Of a DNA stretch of 64,000 nt, positions 33,313 through 43,639 are shown piece by piece. Each line of letters starts with the position of its first letter. Within the stretch, counting starts at the first letter, position 1. Made by a program: the position numbers and the translations under genes. Location of the stretch: contig CBDCNP010000002.1 of assembly GCA_965219415.1 (NCBI GenBank), positions 5,440,001-5,504,000 on the forward strand, read 5' to 3'. The notes under the pieces were generated by a model. That model was not told the DNA's origin and ran no database searches. It saw only the letters and a program-made list of their open reading frames with translations. This DNA comes from Candidatus Marinacidobacterales bacterium (GTDB lineage Bacteria; Acidobacteriota; Vicinamibacteria; Marinacidobacterales; DATDRI01).

Positions 33313-34684
33313 GAGCTCTTGTCAATAGGTGTGTAAAAAAGTTCAGGCAGCAGCAACCTTCGACGACTCCGTTACCCTGTCTCCATCTTCAAATCGAACG
33401 TCCAGGTGAACCTCTTGCATCAGCTCCGGTGCGTTGAGCCGGCGAAAATTCTTCTCCGCAACCAGAAGCAGTTTGAAGATTGTCGCAGTGGCGGACTCGA
33501 TTTTCTTGAACCTTTTGGCCGCATCCGTTCTCAATCTCAGTGCAGCGAACGGTGATTCCACGACGTTGCTCGTGCGAAGGTGTTGCCAGTGAGGCTTGGG
33601 AAAGGAATAGAAGCTGACCATCCGCTCCCAGTCCTCGTCGAGCACGTGCGCGGCCCCCGGAAGACCCTTGCGCAAGCACCAATCCTGGAACTTGGCCTTC
33701 TTCGTCTCGCACTCCTGCAGGCTGGTGGCGTAGGGGATCGCCGTCAACAGCGGCTTGGCCTGCGCCTGGTCCCTTTTCGGAATCCGGTCCAGTACGTTGA
33801 GGATTCGGTGGTTCCAGCACCGCTGCTCCTCAGCTTCTGGAAATACGTTTCGGGTCGCGGCCCAGATGCCGAGATGACCGTCACCGATCACCAAACGGGG
33901 ACATCTCAGACCGCGCTTCTTCAGTCTCCGTAGCAGCGACGACCATGACGCTTCGGATTCTCGATGCCTGGCCTCCAGCGTCAGGACGATTTTCGTCCCG
34001 TCGGACAGGCCACCAACCGCAACTAGCACCGCCGCCTTGTCCTTCTCAAGGCCGGCCTTCACGTACACGCCATCTACCCACAGGGACACGAGCTCGAGTT
34101 CGTCCAGTGGGCGAGCTAGCCACTGCTCGTACTCTCCCTGCCATTTCTGTTTCAGCCGCGACACCGTGCTGGGAGAAAGTGGAGCGTCCTCCCCTAGAAG
34201 CCCGCGGAGCGCCAGATCGAAATCTCCGTGAGCTAATCCATGCAGGTACAGCTCCGGAATCAACTCGCTCACCGTTTCGCTCCGACGCTTGAACAGCGGA
34301 AGCACTCGACTTTCGAACCTCTCCTCCACGTCCCGTACTCTCGGCCGGCGAACCGTCACTGTGCCCACGCTCATCGTCAGCTTCCGAGGCTTACCGTATC
34401 CATTTCGATAGCCCGCCGTTGTGTCCACGGGCTTCCGTCTCTCCGATTTCTCACGCCCGAGAAGCTCCGTGACTTCGGCTACCATCAGCTCCTGCACCCA
34501 ATCCTGGATCTCGAGCCTCGCCCACTTCTCCAGCGACTCCCAAGCCACCCTTGACGAGCTCCGTCGTCCTGTGGTCTTTTCCTTCATGGCGGTGTCTCCT
34601 TCCGTTGGCCCCTTCAGGCCGTGTTTCGTGACGCGGAAGGTTACTCCGCCTTTACTTTATTTCCACACCTTCTGAGGGTAGCTC
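33313..34684 (-). mobile_element. IS256-family element C (distinct lineage), transposase 33343-34587 intact
   Basis: Imperfect TIRs gagctcttgtcaataggtgtg / cacaccttctgagggtagctc; motifs YRNGY, LWVDG, IGDG, QRCWNH and RTSNVVES. Confidence 0.9.
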
Positions 34685-34685
34685 T

Positions 34686-34780
34686 CGATCATCCGACCGC
34701 AAGATGTTGGCAACGCGGTGCGCTCAAGTCCCATTATCCAGCGGCCCGCTCCGAACTCGAGACCTGAACTTGACGGTACC
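34686..34780. mobile_element. IS6-type end or truncated MITE homologous to 1-111
   Basis: The reverse complement aligns with the window start (gggccgct.gat.atggg.cttgagcgcac.gcgttgccaa.atcttg.ggtcggat). Confidence 0.65.
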
Positions 34781-34800
34781 AGCATTGTAGCTCTTGGGGA

Positions 34801-34829
34801 TTGACAGCGCTTTCGTCCGTGCGAAGAAT
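34801..34829 (+). promoter_or_regulatory. Putative sigma70 promoter of the SagB-like gene
   Basis: ttgaca-N17-aagaat followed by RBS aaggag. Confidence 0.5.
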
Positions 34830-34857
34830 GAGTCTCTTAGGAAAGGAGAGAAGGGTG

Positions 34858-36393
34858 ATGGCGAACGACGAAGTGGGGGTCGCGCGCCGTTACCACGAGC
34901 AAACGAAGCACAGCCCAGAGAGCGTGCGGCGTGACCGGCACTTTCTCGACTGGGACAATCAACCCCTGCCGTTCAAGCTTTATCGTGGGCTCGAAGAGGT
35001 GCCGCTTCCGTCGGTCGAGGCTCGCCCAGGACCCGCGGCCCTCCACGCACTACTAGAAAGTGCGGAGGGGGCGATTGAGTCGCTGACTCTGGAGTCGCTC
35101 TCCCGTGAGCTTTTCTACACGGCGGGTGTGACGAAGCGACTGCGTCATGCCCGCGGAGAGATGGCGTTTCGGGCGGCCGCCTGCACCGGCGCTCTCTATC
35201 ACGTCGAGTTGTACGTCGCGATCGGCGAGGTCACGGGGCTCGACGCCGGTCTCTATCACTACGGACCGACGCAGCAGGTCCTGTCCCTTCTTCGTCCCGG
35301 TGATTGGCGAGCACACCTGGCCGAGGCGACGGGGGACGAGCTACACGTCGCAGTGGCGGAGGCTGTCCTCGTACTCACGACGACGTTTTGGCGCAACGCC
35401 TGGAAGTACCAGGCGCGCGCCTACCGCCACGCGTTCTGGGACAGCGGGACGATGATTGCGAATCTTTTCGCGGAGCCAGGCTCCCTCGCGCTCGCTCATC
35501 ATCTGGTTGTCGGTTTCGCTGAGCCACCGGTGAATGCGCTCTTGGACGTCGATCCCGCCAAAGAAGCGACGGTGGCCCTCGTTGCTATCGGCGAGAGTCG
35601 CACCGCAGCGCCTCCCGTTCCTTCAGCTCCGGAGCCTCTGGGCTACGCGACGGAGCCTCTGTCTCCGAGTGAGGTGGACTATCCGCTCATCCAAGAAATG
35701 CATGAAGCCTCGTCGCTTGCGAACGGAGTGGAGGCTCGCCTTTGGCGCGAGCGCGCGACCTCGTCCTCCCATGATACGACAGAGAGCGGACTACTCGTCC
35801 CATTGGGATCGGACGCTCAAGCTTCCGATTCGCTCGAGCAGGTGATCCTAAGGCGTGGCTCGTCGCGACGCTTCGAGCGGGCGCCGATCGAAAAAGAAGC
35901 ACTTGCGACGGTTCTGCACGCGGCGTTCCAGCGCGTTCCAGCGGACGCGCTCGCCCTCAAGACGACGTTGTGCGACGCCTACGTGATCGTCAATAGCGTG
36001 AAGGGTCTCTCCTCCGGCGCCTATATCTATCACCCGGAATCGAAATCTCTCGAGCTTCTCCGCGAGGGAGATCTTCGATCGCAGGCGCGCTTCCTCGATC
36101 TCGAACAGGATCTCGCCGGCGACGCGGCCGTCAATGTCTACCTGCTCGTCGATCTGGAACCGGTCCTTGGGCGGTGGGGCAACCGGGGATACCGCGTGGC
36201 TCAAATCGAAGGAGGGATTCTCGGGGGGAGGATGTACCTGTCGGCCTATGCGCTCGGTTTAGGGGCCAGCGGCCTCACCTTTTACGACGACGCGGTCACG
36301 AGCTTTTTTTCGCCCCACGCCGACGGGAAGTCGGTCATGTTTCTGACCGCCATCGGCATTCCCATGAAACGTCGGGCGCTTTTCCAGGCCTAA
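34858..36393 (+). CDS. SagB/ThcOx-family dehydrogenase (tandem nitroreductase-like domains)
   Basis: Motifs YHEQTKH, LDWDNQP, FRAAACTGALY, WKYQARAYR, RRGSSRRF and GLTFYDD. Confidence 0.88.
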   Translation: MANDEVGVARRYHEQTKHSPESVRRDRHFLDWDNQPLPFKLYRGLEEVPLPSVEARPGPAALHALLESAEGAIESLTLESLSRELFYTAGVTKRLRHARGEMAFRAAACTGALYHVELYVAIGEVTGLDAGLYHYGPTQQVLSLLRPGDWRAHLAEATGDELHVAVAEAVLVLTTTFWRNAWKYQARAYRHAFWDSGTMIANLFAEPGSLALAHHLVVGFAEPPVNALLDVDPAKEATVALVAIGESRTAAPPVPSAPEPLGYATEPLSPSEVDYPLIQEMHEASSLANGVEARLWRERATSSSHDTTESGLLVPLGSDAQASDSLEQVILRRGSSRRFERAPIEKEALATVLHAAFQRVPADALALKTTLCDAYVIVNSVKGLSSGAYIYHPESKSLELLREGDLRSQARFLDLEQDLAGDAAVNVYLLVDLEPVLGRWGNRGYRVAQIEGGILGGRMYLSAYALGLGASGLTFYDDAVTSFFSPHADGKSVMFLTAIGIPMKRRALFQA

Positions 36394-36482
36394 CACGTGA
36401 TCGGCCACGACCCGGCGAGCGCGCACTAGCAGGGTGCTGAAAAATGCATCTGCACCCCGCGCGAGCGGCAGCCGCAATATCT

Positions 36483-36690
36483 GGTGCTTCCGCCATTAAG
36501 TGTTGGTGAGATGACGCTAAGACTTTACGGTGCATTAAATTACTGCCTTGGTGTACAACTCGCGATCTCGGTCCACAATTGTCCTGTACTCGCGGATACG
36601 AGGTTCCCCATGAGCATTTTCAAACGCACTCAGCGGAAGTATGTGAAGAAGGCCTATCGCGTGAGGAATTGGCGTGAATATGAGACGGGT
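36483..36690 (+). mobile_element. Partial 166-bp MITE cut by a 5' IS5 fragment
   Basis: MITE end at 36483-36544, then tgccttggtgtacaactc and MSIFKRTQRK... Confidence 0.8.
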
Positions 36691-36859
36691 GTGCCTTCTA
36701 TTTATTCATCCGCGCGCCCCGAACTTGATTAATCTCTGGTCTGCCGGCGGTGCGTGACGCTTCGCAGCGGAGCACGACGCAGCGCGTCGGGAACGTCGAA
36801 CAGCCCCCGCAAGTAATCAACTGCGGCATCTGTCCATTCAATGCAGCAGCAAATTCATC

Positions 36860-37353
36860 TTAGTCGCTCAGCGGCGCGATCGTGCCGTACATGAGCCCAC
36901 CGTACTCGCCGTGCTGCCAGCTGCCAGCGTACCGTTCCGCGTAAAACATGACCCGCGCCGTGAAGGTACCGTCGAGCCCTGGGATGACCATGTCCGTAAT
37001 GGTGACTATGGGGGTATCACCCGCCCACCGGATGGGCACGACGACCGGCAGCGTCATGTCGACACTCCCGTAGGTCATGTGAACGTCGAACCGCCAACGG
37101 TGCTCGCCGACCTTTGCCACTCTGGTGATCTCGTAGCGTTCCGGCTTGTCGTCGCGACGCTCACGGCCTTTGAGCGTGTAGTGGCCGGTAAGCACCACGT
37201 TCTGCATCCGCTCGGCGCGAACCCCCGCTCGAGTTCCGAGAGTGACTCCAGGGGGATGGCTTGACCGGTGCCGGTGATCGCGACGAGCCACCCGGCCCCG
37301 AACGCCACGACTAGTGCGGCAATGCCAAGGGCAATCTTCAGCAATGAGCGCAT
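36860..37353 (-). pseudogene. Hypothetical exported protein, frameshifted near 37220
   Basis: The signal-anchor ORF (37353) and the C-terminal ORF (...WAGDTP...YAGSWQHG) overlap in different frames. Confidence 0.55.
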
Positions 37354-37620
37354 GGCCGGATTATAGGCGATCCGCGCCGGGCTGGCCGAAGGTGGAGATC
37401 AGACCGGCTGTCGTCCGCAATAAAGAAGATCGCAACTCGCTGCCCAGTCGGAAACACAGACACTAAGCTGCTGATTTATGGTCTATTTCAAATGGGCCGA
37501 GTTTTGGCACAGGACGGGAGAAAGCTCAGCCCGGACATGATCCGGCAACGTCTGCAGAGCTCCGAACTCACCTGCTCGCCCCTTAAGCACTGGTACGTAC
37601 ATGTCGCAACCACCTTTAGG

Positions 37621-38706
37621 CTAGAGATCGCCCCAGTCCACCGTTGCCTTGAGATCGTTGCACTCCTCGCGCCGGATTGCACCATCATGCTGCAGTCGCC
37701 CGACCACGATTCCTGGAGAGATTCTTAGCTCATACGCGAACCAACGAATCGCGGTGCAACTTCTGGCAGGTCGCCTAATAAAACTTTTGTACTGCCGAGG
37801 CGGAATCAAGAAATCACGCGCGAACTGGTTGGCCTCCTCTTCCTTCTGGCTCTCACCATCTTCTGCTTCAATGAACACTTCTCGTTTTCCATGAAGAAGC
37901 AGATGCCCCGCTTCGTGGAACAGCGTGAACCAAAAATGATCATCAGTCTTGTACCGAAGACTCAGCTGGATCATGGCTTTCGTCGAGGTCAACCATTGCG
38001 TTGCTCCCCAGACACGCGTCTTCGGCAATTCAGGCACGAACACTAGAGCTACGCCTGCCTCACAGAAGCGAAGCTGAAGCTCGCGTTGAAAACCATGCTT
38101 TAGTTCCCGGGTTACCACACGAACGGAGTGAAGCAATTTTCGGAACCGGACGGCGTCAAAGCCACTGCACTGAATACTTTGTGCTTCAAGTTCCCCTTGG
38201 CGCAGCCAGGCCGCAAGCGCGAATCGATTGGCCTGAAATGCTTTTGAACGATGGAAGGATGTTTCGCTAGTCCACAGGTCTTGCCATGATTCAGGCGATG
38301 CCACACCAAAGAACGACAAGAGCACACTGGCTTGTTCGGAAACACCCCGTACGTCCTTGATCCACCCCCGATTAACGATCGCGCGGTATGGAAACTGACG
38401 GACCCAACTGCCATAGGTCCCGAGTGCTTCTGCTTCTCGCTGTCGTGCCAAGGTTTCCCGATAGTTGCGCTCTCGGGCGTTCCAGAAGGATGTAGGAACA
38501 CGCAGTACTCTCTCCAGTTGCAGTGCCGTCTCAGGCGTGAGGGCGGCCTTCCCCTGAACAATCTCATTGATCGTCTTCTTGGGGCGGCCAGTACGTTCAG
38601 CGAGTTCGGCCTGCGACATGCCTCGTTCCTCCAAGAGCTCCTGGAGAGTCTCGCCAGGCGGAGACACGGACGTCGGTGCGTACTGGTTGATGTGAGATTC
38701 AGTCAT
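37621..38706 (-). CDS. HigA-family antitoxin (XRE HTH) fused to an ImmA/IrrE-type metallopeptidase
   Basis: PPGETLQELL...SQAELAER...INEIVQGK...FWNARE; FWFTLFHEAGH (HExxH). Confidence 0.9.
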   Translation of the reverse strand: MTESHINQYAPTSVSPPGETLQELLEERGMSQAELAERTGRPKKTINEIVQGKAALTPETALQLERVLRVPTSFWNARERNYRETLARQREAEALGTYGSWVRQFPYRAIVNRGWIKDVRGVSEQASVLLSFFGVASPESWQDLWTSETSFHRSKAFQANRFALAAWLRQGELEAQSIQCSGFDAVRFRKLLHSVRVVTRELKHGFQRELQLRFCEAGVALVFVPELPKTRVWGATQWLTSTKAMIQLSLRYKTDDHFWFTLFHEAGHLLLHGKREVFIEAEDGESQKEEEANQFARDFLIPPRQYKSFIRRPARSCTAIRWFAYELRISPGIVVGRLQHDGAIRREECNDLKATVDWGDL

Positions 38707-39034
38707 GAGTGTCGGTCACCTCAACTATTGCGACTGCTGTCACCAAATTCCAGTCGAGCCCCCCGTCTGGCTTCAAAGGGAGCGGCGAGTGAGCCGGTCG
38801 AAAAATGAGTCGATTCGGTTCATCGAGATCGAGCGAGATCTGGTTCGCCCGATTTCCCTTCAGCTCGTGGCAGCGTCCTGGCAACGTTCGCATCACACTG
38901 AGAGTCGGGGCTGCCGCAAGGTCGTCCAGACGACGACGAATGAGCTTGGCGCGCTGCCGGTTAAGGCGTTTGATTAGCTGGCGATCGTCGTTGCATAGCT
39001 TGCCGAGCTTGTCGTCTTCGAATTCGATATCCAC
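38699..39034 (-). CDS. HigB/RelE-family toxin (killer protein)
   Basis: MDIEF...RCHELKGNR...SLDLDEPNRLIF; lies upstream of and overlaps the antitoxin. Confidence 0.88.
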   Translation of the reverse strand: MDIEFEDDKLGKLCNDDRQLIKRLNRQRAKLIRRRLDDLAAAPTLSVMRTLPGRCHELKGNRANQISLDLDEPNRLIFRPAHSPLPLKPDGGLDWNLVTAVAIVEVTDTHD

Positions 39035-39040
39035 TGGAGA

Positions 39041-39072
39041 ATATGTTAACGTAAAAGGTTAACATATATCAA
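39041..39072 (-). promoter_or_regulatory. higBA promoter/operator
   Basis: Perfect inverted repeat atatgttaac-N7-gttaacatat overlapping ttgata-N18-taacat on the minus strand. Confidence 0.65.
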
Positions 39073-39140
39073 TCCTTCTGACCGCTCGCGTCGGTCACAG
39101 CGAATCACATCCCCCGCAGCGTTGCCGCTACGGTTTGGAG

Positions 39141-40060
39141 TTATTCGCCCGAGGCCGTGGCCGTCGCCGTCGCTTGATCCAGGTAACGCGCCCAATCCTC
39201 CATAAGCCGCCGTCGAAGTTCGAACAAGTCGGTTCGGCGGTACGCTGCCTCGACCCGGTCCTTAAGCGTGTGAGCCAAGGCCGCTTCGCAGACCTCGCGC
39301 GAGTAGTTCGTGCACTCGGCGCTCCAGACCCGGAACGACGACCGAAACCCGTGCGGCGTGCAGTCGGTCCGCTTCATGCGCCGCAGGACCATGTGGAACA
39401 CCATGTTCGACAGCGGCTCACCGACCCTCCGGCTCGGGAAGACATATGGCCCACCGTCGCTCCGCTGCCGGGCTTCCTCAAGAATCTCCACGCACCGCGC
39501 CGCCAGGGGCACGCGGTGCGCCCGCTCCGCCTTCATCCGCTCGGCCGGCACCGTCCAGGACTTGGCCCCCAGGTCGACCTCGTCCCACGTCGCCAGCAAC
39601 ACTTCGCTCGTGCGTGCGGCCGTCAGAATGAGAAATTCGACCGCGAGCCGAACCTCCTTGCCGACATGGGCGTCCCGAAGCTCCGCAATGAAGCCGGGCA
39701 CCTCGGGGTAGGGCATCGACTTGAAGTGATTTCCTTCTCCCCGCCGGCGGTTTGCCGGCAACGACTGTGCCGACCTTCGAGGAGGCGGCGCGGGAAGTCC
39801 ACCGATCGCGGGCCGCGACGTTTCGGAACGAGGAGCACGCGGCACAGTGGATCGGGACGCTCGAGAAGCACGTGTTTCTGGTCTTCGGTTCTCAGCGATT
39901 GGACCGGATCGAGTCGGGCGACGTGCTGACGGCGTTGTCGCCGATCTGGGTCGAGCGGCCGGAGACGGCACGCCGGGTGCGGCAGCGAATCCGGACGGTA
40001 TTGGACTGGGCCAAGGCGAAGAACTTCCGAACCGGCGAAAATCCGGTCGAGGGGACCATC
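39141..40060. pseudogene. P4-like tyrosine integrase in two oppositely oriented pieces
   Basis: Minus strand: catalytic domain (LTAARTSE, MKAERAH, TPHGFRSSF, LAH, AYRR). Plus strand 39762-40060: core-binding domain (PTFEEAA...PETARRVRQRI...GENP). Confidence 0.85.
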
Positions 40061-40516
40061 GAGGCCCCCCGGTCAGCACCCGCTCCCCATTTGGCGCAAA
40101 CGTGTCCCTCGAAAATCGAGATTAGAGACCAAATCCGAAAATGAGGCCCGTTCAGCCCTTCTGGCGCGTCTCTGGTGACACCTATCCCTGGAAAACCTCG
40201 CCAACCGCGCGGAAAACCTCACCTGTCTCTGCAGTGCCACAATTTGCCGGACTGGGTGGCGGATGGTGCAGTCTGGAGCTATCCGGTCTTCACTGGAAAC
40301 CACCAAAACAGGGAATTTGGGCCATTTTTGTGCTGATTGGGCTGTTTTCTCACGTGCTAACCTTCCAGGTTTCAAATGGTTAGCAGGCAATTCCCTGTTC
40401 TGCAAGAACAGGGAATTTGAGATGTTCGATCAGGGAATCGCTCCGGGACGAACAGGCAATTGAGATGACCGATCAGGGAAGTGCCACGAGCAGCACATGA
40501 GCAGCACATGACGGGT

Positions 40517-41632
40517 TCAATTCGAGCACACAAGCGGCGCCTCATACTCTAGCGCGAGCAGCCGGAAGTAGTTCTCGCCGAGGGCGATGTTCCGGAAGGC
40601 AGCGTCGCTCAGATGGCGATTGATGCGACTCGTGACCTCCAGCTCCCTTCGGTAGACGTCGAGAGCCTTGTCCCGCGACGCCAGGAAGTCCGTTCCAGGT
40701 AGAATCCGGTCGGAGTAGGCGTTCAGGAAAGGCACATACACCGCCCGATCTTCCGGGGTCGCGAAGTAGGCGTCGTCAATCACCCGCCAGGACAGGTCCA
40801 GCATCAGGTTCGAATAGCGTTCCAGCATCGACATCATCAGCTCAACGTGCCAAGCGGCGTCCATGGCGGTGAGTTCACGCGACAGTCCCATGTGGACCCA
40901 GACGATCGCGTTCTCGGGATACAGGCGCAGCACCTCCTCCATCAGCGGCAGGTATCGGGTCGGGGCGTCGTCGTTTCCTAGGTCTGCATGGATGGCGAGC
41001 GGCATGCCGCGCGCCCGCAACGCCTCCATGAAGGGAGCCCAGTCGCTGATGGTGGCTGGCGGGACCGGCTCGTGCCCGCTGTCGAACAGCGCCTGCTTCA
41101 CGAGGTTGACTTCACCCATCCACGTGAAGGCGCCGGGGTATTCTTGCTCCAGGAGTTGCATCCCGGAGAGGACCGACGCAGGCTGCGACAGGTCCGGGAA
41201 CGTCATCGAGAGCGTCAGGTGAGTGTCAGCCGGTGCCTTCGTCATGTAGTTGGCGGCGTTGACGAAGTCGTTCTTCAGCGTCGGCGTCACCGGCGTGCCG
41301 GGGCAGTCCAGGTAGTAGGTGCAGGAGGAGGTTACTGGGAGCATCTGGCCGATGCCATAGACGTTGGCGAACAAGACACCGGTCTCCTCGAAGTACTGCA
41401 GGACTTCCTCGAACGGGATGGCGGGGCCGCCGAACGGACGGAAGTGCACGTGGGTGTCGACCACTGAGGTCTGAGGCTGCACGGAGCGGTCGTAGCACGG
41501 AGCGTCGCCGCTTCGGAACATCTCCAGCGTCAGCCCCGGGGATGCGTCGATGGTCGTCGCGCTCTGCCAAGTGCAGCCGATGGCACCTGACAGGCTCAGT
41601 GTCATGAGCAACAGAAGAGGGCTTTGGTGCAT
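40517..41632 (-). CDS. Amidohydrolase-family (TIM barrel) lipoprotein
   Basis: Motifs DTHVH, GEVN, AIHAD, WVHMG, DLSW and PGTD; lipobox-like AIGC. Confidence 0.75.
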   Translation of the reverse strand: MHQSPLLLLMTLSLSGAIGCTWQSATTIDASPGLTLEMFRSGDAPCYDRSVQPQTSVVDTHVHFRPFGGPAIPFEEVLQYFEETGVLFANVYGIGQMLPVTSSCTYYLDCPGTPVTPTLKNDFVNAANYMTKAPADTHLTLSMTFPDLSQPASVLSGMQLLEQEYPGAFTWMGEVNLVKQALFDSGHEPVPPATISDWAPFMEALRARGMPLAIHADLGNDDAPTRYLPLMEEVLRLYPENAIVWVHMGLSRELTAMDAAWHVELMMSMLERYSNLMLDLSWRVIDDAYFATPEDRAVYVPFLNAYSDRILPGTDFLASRDKALDVYRRELEVTSRINRHLSDAAFRNIALGENYFRLLALEYEAPLVCSN

Positions 41633-42563
41633 GGACCCAAGAAGTATAATGTGATGGCTTTGAAAATAGTACGTCAAGTGTGCGCGATGACATCCTTTAT
41701 TGGGCGCGATGGCGTTCGTCGGCACATGCAGGTCAACTAACATAGCATTCAAAGGCCTCCAACGCCCCGCAGCACCGGTGTCGAGTTTGATTTCGAGCTC
41801 GCGCCGACCCGCAATTTCGACTTTGCCATTTCACGAGCTTCAACAACTCCCAGATGCAATCCACCGTGCAGCCAACCTCGGCAACGAGAATCCTGGAGGG
41901 GCGGCGGCTACCGACCGTGCCCCAGTTCCAGTTCGCCGCCATCGGCCACCTACCAGTGGCAGACGGGGAGTCGGTACCCTACGTGACCGCTAGTTGCCAG
42001 CACGTCGGCGAGCCCGTCCGCGAGGGCATCGACTGGCGCAGGCCCCCCCCGCGATGGCTTGCCGCGCATCGACCTCGGGGACCTCCCGGTCGCCATCCAC
42101 GACCGCTCCATGTGGAGCGTGCGACGCTTGGTGCACACCCGCATCCTCACGAGCCTTCGCACCTGCTCCAGCCGAAGCGTGCGCTACAACGGCCACCGCG
42201 TCGCGACCAAGAGGTACAGTGAGGCCACAAGGTGCGCCGCCGACCACGGAACGACGTTCACTTCGAGTGGTTCGTTCGGCATCATGTCTGCCGACCGCCC
42301 ACGCCGCTCGCGGAACTCGCCGCCGGGGCGGGTGCCACGAATCATCACGTCAGCAGAATCGTCTGGCCGGCACGCTCGATCTCTCTGTTCGGTCATACGC
42401 TCTCACATAGTCGGTTCAAGATCCGAGTCCGTGGCAGCATGCACCAATAATATGAATATTGAGGTGCTTCCGCCATCAAGTGATGGAATGGACTCCTCCA
42501 CTGACATAGACGGCATCGATGTGCCAAAGTCAGTCGAATACGCATCGAAAAGGAGGAGTCCGA

Positions 42564-43595
42564 ATGAAAGATACGACAATCGCTGTGGATCTTGCAAAGA
42601 ACGTCTTCGAGATTGCCATCTCGGGAGAAGCGGGGAAGGTGTCCAAGCAACTCCGTGTGAGTCGACCCAAATTGGTGTCGTTCTTTGCCAAACAGAGCGC
42701 TGCCACCGTGCTTCTCGAAGCCTGCGGCTCGGCTCACTTCTGGGCAAGGACGTTCCGAAGGTTGGGACACGACGTCGTCCTGCTCCCACCTCACCTCGTG
42801 AGGCCGTATCGACGCGGGAGCAAGAACGACCGCGCCGACACGAAGGCGTTGCTCGAGGCCTACAGGAACGAGGAGCTTCTTCCCGTACCCATCAAGTCCG
42901 TGCACCAGCACACCCTCGCTGCGCTCCATCGCCTGCGCTCAGGATGGCTCTCCACACGGACCGCACGCATCAATGCCGTACGCGGGCTCCTGCGCGAACT
43001 CGGATTCATCATCCCAAAGGGCGCTCACTTCGTCGTGCCCGCCCTCTTCGAACTCGTCGAAGACGCTGATTCTGATTTGCCCGACGTGCTCCGTTCGCAT
43101 CTCCGTGATGCCTGCTCCGAGATTCGAGAACTCAAGGACAAGTGCGCTAGCATCGAGCACGAGCTCAAGGCGCTCACCAAGCAGCTTCCTGAAGTCCAAC
43201 GACTTCTCGCCATTCCCGGCATCGGACTTCTGGCCGCGACCGCCATCGTGGGCTTCGTCGGCGATCTTCGCCGCTTCCCATCGGGGCGCCGCTTCTCGAG
43301 CTACCTCGGCCTAGTTCCCAAGGAAAACTCCAGTGGCGACATTCGCCGCCTCGGACGCATCACCAAGCGTGGCGACTCCTACCTCCGTATGCTCCTCACC
43401 CAGGGCGGGCGCGCCGTGCTCCGCGCGGCGAACGTCAGCAAGAGCCCGCCCGACAAGCTCCGCGCCTGGGCTCGGAAGGTCCACCGCTCGCGGGGACACA
43501 ACAAGGCCGTGATTGCTGTCGCCAACAAACTCGCCCGGATCGTCTGGGCCGTCTCCACCCGCGAGAGTGAATTCCAGTCGCCGGTGGCCGCTTAG
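42564..43595 (+). CDS. IS110-family DEDD recombinase/transposase
   Basis: Motifs AVDLAK, LEACG and KNDRAD (DEDD); IPGIG, YLGLVP, SSG, G-ITKRGD-YLR and ANKLAR; RBS aggagg. Confidence 0.95.
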   Translation: MKDTTIAVDLAKNVFEIAISGEAGKVSKQLRVSRPKLVSFFAKQSAATVLLEACGSAHFWARTFRRLGHDVVLLPPHLVRPYRRGSKNDRADTKALLEAYRNEELLPVPIKSVHQHTLAALHRLRSGWLSTRTARINAVRGLLRELGFIIPKGAHFVVPALFELVEDADSDLPDVLRSHLRDACSEIRELKDKCASIEHELKALTKQLPEVQRLLAIPGIGLLAATAIVGFVGDLRRFPSGRRFSSYLGLVPKENSSGDIRRLGRITKRGDSYLRMLLTQGGRAVLRAANVSKSPPDKLRAWARKVHRSRGHNKAVIAVANKLARIVWAVSTRESEFQSPVAA

Positions 43596-43639
43596 ATTTA
43601 GAGGCTCCACTTTCGTGTTTTCCTTTTTCCCTTCCAAAA

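Noticed and set aside
40483-40511. Tandem gagcagcacat duplication
   Set aside because: Two 11-bp units only; probably slippage, with no functional evidence.
41820-42420. Possible group II intron or novel ORFs
   Set aside because: No RT and no domain V seen; 41840-42010 weakly resembles a decayed TonB receptor piece (GRRLPTVPQFQF), too weak to call.
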